A stretch of 21,598 bases of DNA from Octopus sinensis (Eukaryota), in the NCBI RefSeq assembly GCF_006345805.1, contig NW_021824151.1, forward strand, positions 1 to 21,598, read 5' to 3'. Position numbers and translations under genes: made by a program. How positions within the stretch are numbered: position 1 is the stretch's first letter; each line of letters begins with the position of its first letter. The notes under the pieces are model-generated. The model worked only from the letters and a program-made list of their open reading frames with translations. It was not told the origin of the DNA and searched no databases. Of the stretch, positions 1 to 9,030 are shown in pieces.

Positions 1-172
1 CCCACACTTTGACAACTGGTGTTGCCTTATTTACATCCCTGTGACTTAGTGGTTTGGAAAAAGAGACAGATGGAATAAAGTACCACACAGAGAAAAAATT
101 ATTGGACTAAAATGTTCAAGGTGCGCTCCAACACGGCTCCAGTCCAAAGACTGAAATAAATAAACGATAAAG
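1..172 (+). mobile_element. SINE family A, 3' half (diverged; cut by window edge)
   Basis: ttgacaactggtgttg...gacttagtggtttgg...ttcaaggtgcgctccaacacggctccagtccaaagactgaaa aligns by eye with the 3' half of the copies at 5581 and 17268. Confidence 0.75.
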
Positions 173-220
173 GTTTTTGCAAATCAGCTTCACTACATTA
201 TCCACTTTCCTCTCTCTCCC

Positions 221-237
221 TTGTTATATAATATATA

Positions 238-282
<45 letters not shown>

Positions 283-396
283 TATATATATATATATATA
301 CATATATAATATATATATAGATATATATATATATACACTATATATGTATATGTGTTATCTATATATATATATATATATATATATAGATATATATAC

Positions 397-446
<50 letters not shown>

Positions 447-609
447 ATATATTATATACATATATATATATGTGTAATACATATATATATATATATATAG
501 ATACATATATGCATATATATATATATCTATATATATCTAACACACATATATGTATATATATATATATACATATATGTATATATATGATATATATTATATA
601 TATATGTGT

Positions 610-643
<34 letters not shown>

Positions 644-697
644 ACACACACCATATATGTATAAATACACAACCACACACCAATATATGTATCTATA

Positions 698-735
<38 letters not shown>
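221..735. repeat. Long interrupted (TA)n microsatellite
   Basis: About 515 nt of TA dinucleotides with sporadic C/G interruptions and short CA runs. Confidence 0.97.
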
Positions 736-984
736 AGAATATCAGGAATAAGGATTACTCCGAAATAGCAATAACATTACCTTTACTTCTATGCTTACAT
801 ATATTGCCTTTTAAGACGAAAACATGTTTCAGTTACACCAATTACTAATCGGTGCAATAGCAACCACACAATGAAACTATGTCACACGACTCGAGTTTCC
901 GTCTTATTGAAAAAAAATCCCTCATTTCCTCCAGAACGGGTACAAAGCACTCCTTTCTAATTCAGCCAGCATTAAGCAAAGTAC

Positions 985-1022
985 GTATGTGTGTGTGTGT
1001 GTGCGTGTGTACGTGCGTGTGT

Positions 1023-1082
<60 letters not shown>
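985..1082. repeat. (GT)n microsatellite
   Basis: Nearly pure tg repeat. Confidence 0.97.
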
Positions 1083-1085
<3 letters not shown>

Positions 1086-1189
1086 ACACACACATGTATG
1101 TGTGTGCATCTTCCTTCATCTCATCCCACTTTGGATTCGACTTTCGATGACCTGCTTTAACTTATTATCTAATGTCTATAATACGGGCT

Positions 1190-1606
1190 TAACCTTGTAA
1201 TCCTTCCAATAGAATTCCAGCATTTAGCACCACCATTATGAACATTCTTCAGCTGATCTTTGATCAGCCTTTTGTGATTTAAAATCTTTTAATATTCATT
1301 TCCACCCTCAAGTAATGGCAATGTTTAAATATATAAATATACATATATATGTACACACACACACACATGTACACACACACATATACACACACACATGTAC
1401 TATATATATTTGTGTGTGTGTGTGTGTGTGTTTGCGTATATATATATATATATGTATATTTATATATTTAAACATTGACTTAACTTGAGGGTAGAAATGA
1501 ATATTACAAGAGTTTAAATCACAAGAGGCCGATCAAAGATCAGCTGAAGAATGGTCATAATGGTGGTGCTAAATGCTGGTATTCTATCAGAAGAATTACA
1601 AAGTTA
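1190..1606. mobile_element. Fold-back/MITE-like element: ~160-bp inverted arms around a (CA)n/(TG)n spacer
   Basis: 1190-1350 is the ungapped reverse complement of ~1446-1606, about 14 mismatches by eye; TA at both outer ends. Confidence 0.8.
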
Positions 1607-1879
1607 CACTGCCATAAATGAAAATCAATATTCGTCAATCCCAACTGATATTCATTCTAATATCGAAAAATATAAACAATATCAAACACACATACACAAG
1701 GTATGTATTTTGCTAGTTTGTGGGTAGGCTGTGCTTATAGGCGTATGGGAATATATTCTCATCAATTCACCTGGTGTTAAAACACCTGTATGTCATAGAC
1801 AAGCTAGATAGCTCGTATCTGGTCCCATTCAGGAGCGATAGACATTGATGTTTTGTCATTTTTGTGGCTTGTTAATACC

Positions 1880-2110
1880 TATTTCTTTACTACCCACAAG
1901 GGGCTAAACACAGAGGGAACAAACAAGGACAGACAAACAGATTAAGTCGATTACATCGACCCCAGTGCGTAATTGGTACTTTATTTATTGACCCCAAAAG
2001 GATGAAAGGCAAAGTTGACCTTGGTGGAATTTGAACTCAGAACGTAACGGAGGACGAAATACGGCTACGCATTTCGCCCGGCGTGCTAACGTTTCTGCCA
2101 GCTCGCCGCC
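1880..2110 (-). mobile_element. SINE family B, full-length, with 10-bp TSD
   Basis: Minus strand reads ggcggcgagctggcagaaacg...gagttcaaattcc (B-box-like)...gcctttcatccttttggggtcaata...ggggtcgatgtaatcgact; flanked by tgttaatacc at 1870-1879 and 2111-2120. Confidence 0.9.
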
Positions 2111-2224
2111 TGTTAATACCATGTACCTGAAACGATGTAAGCTATTCTCCAACCAGAGACATTACCCAAACGTTTGCAACAAGGTAGACTCCGCTAAAGG
2201 TAACCAAAGTACCAAGAAGTGGTA

Positions 2225-2355
2225 TTAAACTGGGTGATGGATTAAGTCTACCATCTATGTCACAGAGGGATTTGAACTCAGAACGCAAAGCCACAGAAAA
2301 AATACCACAAGACATCCAGTCCAATGTTATTACGGTTTTGCAAATCCGCTGCCGT
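2225..2355 (-). mobile_element. SINE family B, diverged fragment
   Basis: gatttgaactcagaacgcaaag...aaataccacaagacatccagtcc resembles 2027-2110. Confidence 0.6.
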
Positions 2356-2367
2356 GGATTAGTACAT

Positions 2368-2690
2368 TGAGTGTAGTGGGTGCTTTTTACGTGCCACCCG
2401 CACAAGTGCCAGATGGAGCTGGCAAACGGCCACGGACGGATGGCAAAAAGCACCATCTGTCCGTGGCCGTTTGCCAGCCTCCCCTAGCACCTGTGCTGGT
2501 GGCACGTAAAAAGCACCCACTACACTCATGGAGTGGTTGGCGTTAGGAAGGGCATCCAGCCGTAGAAACACTGCCAGATCAGACTGGAGCCTGGTGCATC
2601 CTCTTGGCTTCCCAGACCCCAGTCGAACCATCCAACCCATGCTAGCATGGAAAGCGGACGTTAAATGATGATGATGATGATGATGATGAT
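2368..2690 (+). mobile_element. RTE LINE 3' end with (GAT)n tail and fold-back 5' part
   Basis: gttggcgttaggaagggcatccagccgtagaaac...catgctagcatggaaagcggacgttaaa(tga)n; same family as 16446-16812, which retains the RTE ORF C-terminus; 2368-2528 is an inverted repeat. Confidence 0.85.
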
Positions 2691-2691
2691 T

Positions 2692-2800
2692 CTCGAAAAG
2701 GTGAAAGGCAAAGTCGGCCACGGGTGGATTTGAACTCAGTGCCAACTGGGGGAAACATTGTGGCAAGTGCTCTAAACAACTCTGCCGCTTGTGACATATT
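2692..2800 (-). mobile_element. SINE family B, 5' fragment
   Basis: gaaaaggtgaaaggcaaagtcggccacgggtggatttgaactcag matches 1999-2041. Confidence 0.65.
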
Positions 2801-2991
2801 TGACAGAAGCATTAATTAAGGAGGGAAAAGAGCCACAAACCTATGTTCTTTTCATTCTCAAACTGATATCATCAATATTTTGTATTGAAAATCAAGGGAG
2901 TTAATTCGTTCATAAGCCTATAATCACTGTTTTTATTTATTTATTTTTATTTTATCTGAAGTATCTGCTCACTGTACTTCAATCAACAAAT

Positions 2992-3060
2992 ATGGCGTAG
3001 TGGTTAAGAGCACAGGCTACTAAACCCAAGATTCCGAGTTCGATTCCAGGCAATGACCTG
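2992..3060 (+). promoter_or_regulatory. tRNA-derived SINE head with Pol III internal promoter
   Basis: A-box-like TGGCGTAGTGG (2993-3003) and B-box-like GAGTTCGATTCC (3036-3047); no 3' acceptor stem, runs straight into (AAT)n, so not a true tRNA gene. Confidence 0.75.
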
Positions 3061-3122
3061 AATAATAATAATAATAATTATAATAATATAATAATAATGA
3101 TAATAATAATAATAATAATAAT
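3061..3122. repeat. (AAT)n microsatellite
   Basis: Direct trinucleotide repeat with few interruptions. Confidence 0.95.
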
Positions 3123-3290
3123 TAAAAAAAATTTTTTATAGACATTCACTAGTACAACACCAAAATAAAAAACAAATATATGGCACACTAGGCATAACAA
3201 CAACATGAACTTCCAACCTGTTGTCTCTTGAGGTCTCTGGGTGAGACTTGGAGCCAACTTGTACAAATATAAAGCAAAAGTCAAACATAG

Positions 3291-3390
3291 AATAATAATA
3301 ATAATAATAATAATAGTAATAATAATAATGATGATGATGATGATGATGATGACGATGATGATGATGATGACGATGATGATGATGATAATA
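3291..3390. repeat. Compound (AAT)n-(GAT)n microsatellite
   Basis: AAT run switching to GAT run. Confidence 0.95.
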
Positions 3391-3440
3391 ACATCGAAAG
3401 ATACCTTAGAAATGAGAACCCAGGTTCGAAATTTCCCCAA

Positions 3441-3484
3441 GGCACCTGATGAAGGCTTGGAGGGTATATCAGCTGAATCGTGTT
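3441..3484 (+). ncRNA. Degenerate minimal type I hammerhead-ribozyme-like motif
   Basis: GGCAC-CUGAUGA-A-GGCU..AGCU-GAAU-C-GUGUU: intact CUGAUGA core, stem II, and stem I pairing GGCAC/GUGUU; GAAA is GAAU and the NUH cleavage triplet is missing. Confidence 0.5.
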
Positions 3485-3587
3485 AACAACAAACAAGATG
3501 AGGACAAACATCCGTCAAATGTAAATAATGTAAATAGTGTTCATAATTCCTCATCTCTTAAATATAGAACTGTATTAAATATTTGTG

Positions 3588-3662
3588 CTGGGTCAATTTG
3601 CTCGACTAAAGGCGGTGCTCCAGCATGGCCGCAGTCAAAGACTGAAACAAGTAAAAGAGTAA
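3588..3662 (+). mobile_element. SINE family A, 3' tail fragment
   Basis: gggtcaatttgctcgactaaaggcggtgctccagcatggccgcagtcaaagactgaaacaagtaaaagagt. Confidence 0.9.
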
Positions 3663-3674
3663 CATTAATGTACA

Positions 3675-3825
3675 ATCCCGAGTTCAAATTCTGCCGAGAC
3701 AGACATTGCTTTTCACCCCTTTGGGATGAAATAGGTATCAGCTGAGCACTAGGGGGTCAAGGTAATCGCATTACTACCAACCCCTCAATACCGTTGGCCT
3801 TGTGCAGAAATTTGAAACCAAATTT
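3675..3825 (+). mobile_element. SINE family B, diverged 5'-truncated copy
   Basis: gagttcaaattctgccgagacagacattgcttttcacccctttggg...cactagggggtcaaggtaatcgc matches the reverse complement of 1940-2040. Confidence 0.7.
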
Positions 3826-4096
3826 TAATTCCCAATCCTTCAAGTGCCGGATGTTGTCTTTTTGGCTGGTTTCAATTGAGAGCTTTTATGTCAATGCATA
3901 CAAGTATCTCTTTAAGATAGACACTTGCCCGATATTTCGAATAGAATTAGCCCAAGTTCTAGTCTTTTGCTTCGGGATCCGTATCATGGTTCCTGTTTCC
4001 AAATAGAAACAGGAACTATTATACAACACAAAGATCCCAAAGCACAGAGATTAACTTTCATTATAGTTTTTTTTAAAAAATATAACTGAAACTACA

Positions 4097-4236
4097 CAAA
4101 TTCTGCCAATGTTGATTTTGTATTTCATCCGTCCGTAATTGATAAAATAAGTACCAATTAAACACTAGGGTTAATATAACCGACAAACCGTTTCCTCTGA
4201 AATTGTTGGCATTGAGCCAAAATGTGAAACTAATAA
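4097..4236 (+). mobile_element. SINE family B, 5'-truncated, with 13-bp TSD
   Basis: caaattctgcc...tttcatccgtccgtaattgataaaataagtacc...cactagggttaatataaccgac; flanked by aactgaaactaca at 4084-4096 and 4237-4249. Confidence 0.7.
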
Positions 4237-4380
4237 AACTGAAACTACATCTTGTGTTTCGGATAAATTGGTTCCTTTTGTTTTTGCCCTGTTTACTCTC
4301 ATCTTTTCCAGTGTTACTCCAATTTACACAAAAAGTAGTTTTATTGTAGTGTTTTATGGGATTTTGTTGCCCTATTCTTC

Positions 4381-4430
4381 CTCTAGATCAGTGGTTCTCA
4401 ATTAGGGTCCTTATGACCTTTAAGGGTCCC
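4381..4430 (+). mobile_element. hAT (Charlie-type) transposon left end only
   Basis: CTCTAGAT (fits NTCTAGAN target consensus) immediately followed by CAGTGGTTCTCAA, a typical Charlie-type TIR start; partner TIR not found. Confidence 0.45.
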
Positions 4431-4679
4431 GTATAAATATTTCTACAAATGCCAAGGTATCTTTAGAGTGCTTTTCAATAACTGAGTCAGACGATAAGTT
4501 TCCGATATTGACGACAGAAAGAAGCAGAAGCAACTATTTGTTGCATCGAATATGAGACGTTCTGGCACAGCCATTTTGGTGTTGCTGACATCAAACGTTT
4601 TAACATTTCTCTCCCTCGCTGTTTATGTGTGTCAGCATATTTCTCTTTGTGTGTCTGAGGAGAAGGAATGCGTTTATGT

Positions 4680-5067
4680 TCTTTTACTCTTTTACTTGTT
4701 TCAGTCATTTGACTGTGGCCATGCTGGAGCACCGCTTTTAGTTGAGCAAATCAACCCCAGGACTTATTCTATCGGTCTCTTTTGCCAAACAGCTAAGTTA
4801 AGGGGATGTAAACACACCAGCATCGGTTGTCAAGTGATGTTGGGGGCCAAACACAGACACACAAACATATACACACACACATACATATATATATACATAT
4901 ATGCGACGGGCTTCTTTCAGTTTCCATCTACCAAATCCACTCACAAGGCTATGGTCGGCCCGAGGCTATAGTAGAAGACACTTGCCCAAGGTGCCACGCA
5001 GTGGGACTGAACCTGGAACCATGTGGTTGGTAAGCAAGCTACTTACCACACAGCCACTCCTACGCCT
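4680..5067 (-). mobile_element. SINE family A, full-length
   Basis: Reverse complement of the 5581-6002 copy, including head (A-box TGGCTGTGTGG, B-box-like GGTTCAGTCCC), internal TA/TG tract and gagtaaaa tail. Confidence 0.93.
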
Positions 5068-5580
5068 ATTAATCGTGATCAATTAGTAAATTGTAATGTC
5101 CCTCCTTCTCTCCCCTCTCTGGATCTCACTCTGTCTATAAGTGTATATTTCTATGTGTGTGTGTATTTGCCTCTAGTGCTAAAAAGTAGTCACCAAAACA
5201 GTTTGAATGTCAAATCAGCCATGCCAAATCGCCAGCATCCAAACAGCTGCGCCCTATTGTCTCAAAGGTACTGAATTATCATCAAACCAGACAACCTGGT
5301 CAGAATACACAGTAGTGGACTTTACTAAAGATACCGAAAGTCCAGGTGGAGGTGGTGGTGAAGATAAAACAGACAACGGATTTAGAATACTACTCGAGAA
5401 TAGGTATAGTCTATCCGACTATAATCCTGTTATAGGCAGCACTGGATTAACCATTAACATTTTAAACTTGCTAAAATAATATTCGTGATCTTATCTCTTC
5501 TAAGTATAGAAGCAGTAAGATTAATTTTGAGGATCTGATCAAAGGTTTTACAAAAAAAGTAGAGAAAAACTTTTCAAATA

Positions 5581-6002
5581 GGCACAGGAGTGGCTGTGTG
5601 GTAAGTAGCTTGCTAACCAGCCACATGGTTCGGGGTTCAGTCCCACTGCGTGGAATCTTGGGCAAGTGTCTTCTGCTATAGCCCCGGGCCGACCAATGCC
5701 TTGTGAGTGGATTTGGTAGACGGAAACTGAAAGAAGCCTGTCGTATATATGTATATATATATATATATATGTATGTGTGTATTTGTGTGTCTGTGTTTAT
5801 CTCCCTAGCATTGCTTGACGAACGATGCTGGTGTGTTTACGTCCCCGTCACTTAGCGGTTCGGCAAAAGAGAACCGATAGAATAAGTACTGGGCTTACAA
5901 AGAATAAGTCCCGGGGTCGATTTGCCCGACTAAAGGCGGTGCTCCAGCATGGCCGCAGTCAAATGACTGAAACAAGTAAAAGAGTAAAAGAGTAAAGAGT
6001 AA
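5581..6002 (+). mobile_element. SINE family A, full-length
   Basis: ggcacaggagtggctgtgtggtaagtagc...ggggttcagtcccactgcgtgg...ttgggcaagtgtc...(TA)n(TG)n...ggtgctccagcatggccgcagtcaaatgactgaaac(aagagtaa)n. Confidence 0.95.
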
Positions 6003-6289
6003 ATATAAATTAAGTGGAAGTGTACAAAAATAAACACTATCTTCCATCTAATTGCTTGTTTTGTCTCATTTTGAAAAATAAAAATTAATTTTATGGTTTA
6101 TTATTGTTTATATTTTGAATTACATATATATATAGGGGTAACAAATATATATTTCAAGTGCTTAGGTCCTCCGTGGGTCTTCATTCGATACTGGTTACAG
6201 TTGTCACACAATTTAATCTTAGCTGTGCTATGTCCTCAGTGTTTAGAGTACATAATACACAACATACACTCATACATACGTACGTACAC

Positions 6290-6405
6290 ATACATATGTG
6301 TGCATGCGTGTATATATATATAATATATATATTATATGATATGATATATATATATATATCTATATATATATAATATATATATATATATATGTATGTATAT
6401 ATACA
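6290..6405. repeat. Interrupted (TA)n tract
   Basis: TA-dominated low-complexity run. Confidence 0.9.
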
Positions 6406-7199
6406 CCTCCTGTAGACTGTATGAACACCAAATCATATAATGATCCGTGACAGGGAAAGTAAATCTAGCTGAGTAGTAGAAATCAGTCGACCATCAGACA
6501 TTAACGTAATGCTATGGTGAACTAAAGAGAAATCTGCAAACTACACCCGGACTAAATAATTTTAAATTATACCTGCGATTATCAGAACACCTGGTTATGT
6601 AACTAGTTGCCTCGGTACGAATGTTGCGCAGTTGAACTTCACAAAGCCAAGAAGAATACGAATAATTAGGAAAACAACAATTACAAGCCCATAAATTGTG
6701 CAAAACATTCCCTGCAGCATGATTATAAACACACAGGCGCTGGTCAGGAATTGAAACCTTTTAGTAAAGTTAAAACCTTTTGCAAAACCGAAGTCATCGG
6801 TTGTGAGCTCTGCATAAGTTTTCGGGATATCATGAGGCGCAGAGGATCACTTAGTAAACCGCTTCATTTAGTTCAACAAACAACATGCCAAAATCCAAGC
6901 ACAAGAAGAACACTGGATCTCGTAATTGGCACTCGGTAGTTTGTCTGACTGTCTACATGCCATAGAATCACTTTGATCTGGAGCTAAGAAGAAAAACAAG
7001 TAAAATAACAAGTTAAAACACATAAAGCCGACGGGCGAACTATCGTTTATGTTACCAAATTAATACAAATATTCATATCAACTTCATGAACTTACTTGGA
7101 ATAGAATTTATTTGGAATTTATTCAAAATACAATAAGAAAGCATATAAAACATATATTGTATTTGAAGGTATGAATGATATACTGGTATATTAAAGCAC

Positions 7200-7308
7200 C
7201 CCAGTTTCTATAGCGCGTATTCAGCATCTTCGCATTTAGGACCCAGGATCTTTTTTGCGATATTTTCTTGGAAAAAAAAGTGCGTCTTAAATGTCATCAA
7301 ATACAGTC
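7200..7308. mobile_element. Possible terminal fragment of a Tc1/pogo-like element
   Basis: Ends gtgcgtcttaaatgtcatcaaatacagt, resembling ...gtgcgtctta...aaatacggta ends I recall for this superfamily; single end only. Confidence 0.25.
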
Positions 7309-7318
7309 ATTTTTCAGA

Positions 7319-8010
7319 GTACCGCAAGGATCCGTCTTCTCAGCAATACTTTTTAAGCTGCTCGGCCTTTCTACACTTCTACAAAATGTACAAGTTATAT
7401 GTTGATGACATCACCATCATGTACTCCCACTATTCCCCTGGCTGTTCCACAACTACTCCAGCCACAGACATATTCTGACTCTAAACAAATAAATTCTTAG
7501 AAGTAGCATCTACCAAGTCTACCATTGTTATCCGTTACCAGTGTATCGAATACAGTCCAGCACCACACTCGCAAGTATAAACACATCACATGCAAAGAGC
7601 TGCAAAGAATTATTAGGAGGATAACGGACATCACGTTTACAACACTTAGAGCATACATAGAAAGCAAACAACTTACTTATTAGGTACCACATTTGACCAA
7701 AGATACAACAATACTAAACTCACAATATATTAAGGTTTTGCTAGTCGTGCTTTGCATTACATCATCGCAGCTGCACACAGACATTGACAGGCAGAATAAT
7801 CTTTACAATGAAACAAAGATATTGAAAATGAAAGACGACCTGGATACACTGGAGGCAGGTTATTGCCAAATATTCTCCACACTGCAACCGAAAACATTTG
7901 GCCTGTCTCAACTGAACCGATCACCAAAGGCAATCGAACACACAGGAATAGATTGGACTGCCAAGAAAATGCAAAATGTCCGAAGAATTAAATTGTTTCC
8001 AAGATGATAA
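7319..8010 (+). mobile_element. Decayed non-LTR retrotransposon reverse transcriptase (frameshifted)
   Basis: VPQGSVFSAILF from 7319 (PQGSxLSPxLF motif), then after a frameshift YVDDITI at 7398-7418 (YxDD catalytic motif); downstream ORF 7693-8007 (LHTDIDRQNNLYNETKILKMKDDLDTL) resembles post-RT LINE sequence. Confidence 0.75.
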
Positions 8011-8854
8011 TTTACTGCATGTCAGAGTGTGCAGTGAGAAGAACTACGGCACAGCTGGAGCAATGAAGTTGTTCTTTAGAAGATACACTTCTCGACTGAT
8101 GATCCTGTAGCCTCTGTGTGTGCGTGTGTATTATATATATATAATTCCTTTGCATACGGATTCATCATCACCTAACCACCAGTATGTTTTGTAAGCCAAA
8201 TGGTATTTGCATTCAGAAGGAACTATAAATGACAACTCACCGACTCACATTGTTATTACTATTTTCCCCGTTATGAAAGGGTCTGATATAAAGCGTTTAT
8301 ACCCGCTTTATCTCTCCATCTTTTCTTCTTTGTTATTACTTATCTCTTTTTCATTCTCCCATTTGCTTCTCTCGAAATCTTCCATTCACTTCTAATAACC
8401 TCCAGATCTAGAAAACAGTTTTCAAATCTTAAAAAAACTTGCCGCCCTATTTTCATGCTTTCACTTTCATATTCTCCATCACCAACGGATCTTCATCCCA
8501 ATCTTCGTTTTCGAAGTTCCAGACTCGCAAACACTGCTTCCAACTACAGCGTCTAAATACCAACATCACTTCTATCTACCACTACTATTAGTACTACTAT
8601 AGTTCAACGTATTAGTCTCGTGAAATAAAAATGCTACTAACGTGAAGCAGCGGTTGGATATGTTATTTCAGACATGCAATTTTTGATTTTAGGGTGAGTA
8701 ATCACTGTCTTTTTTATTCACATTGCTGTATATTCATTCATTCTCTGGTCATAAGCTTGTTCGTCTATATATCTACTAGTTACCTGTATATTTTATATTC
8801 TTACTTGCATATTGATATATGTATCTATTTAAATGGAAACATATACCTGTATAT

Positions 8855-9030
8855 ATATTCTGTTGTGTCTGGGGAGAGTCATTTTCTTTTTGTGCCTTAT
8901 TATGTAACACACTCACCGGTAAAATTTCCACTTTTTTCAAAAATAAGAAAAAAGTGGAAATTTTACCGGTGAGTGTTATATAATAAGGCACAAAAAGAAA
9001 ATGATTCTCTCCAGACACACAGCAGAATAT
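8855..9030. repeat. Hairpin with ~83-bp arms and 8-10-nt loop
   Basis: atattctgttgtgtct...ccggtaaaatttccactttttt / aaaaaagtggaaattttaccgg...agacacacagcagaatat; roughly 90% complementary. Confidence 0.92.

Noticed and set aside
221-848. Several ORFs of 72-147 aa rich in YI repeats
   Set aside because: Translations of the (TA)n tract, which has no in-frame stops; the same applies to ORFs at 15797-16328 and the CV/HT-repeat ORFs at 879-1160.
2992-3060. tRNA gene
   Set aside because: Has A/B boxes and an anticodon-like loop but no acceptor stem pairing or oligo-T terminator; treated as a SINE head.
3078-3511. Poly-I, poly-M and poly-S/L ORFs that look like membrane proteins
   Set aside because: Translations of (AAT)n and (GAT)n tracts.
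5177-5479. Possible host exon or 90-aa ORF (MSNQPCQ...GGGGGEDK)
   Set aside because: No recognisable domain, weak splice acceptor, and no partner exons in the window; needs RNA-seq to exclude fully.
6420-7190. Longest stretch without an assigned repeat; possible exon or transposase relic
   Set aside because: The translations I checked gave only short ORFs and no recognisable motif.
8280-8560. Purine-rich minus-strand segment with an acidic peptide (ENEDWDEDP)
   Set aside because: Short, stop-bounded and without supporting motif or splice signals.
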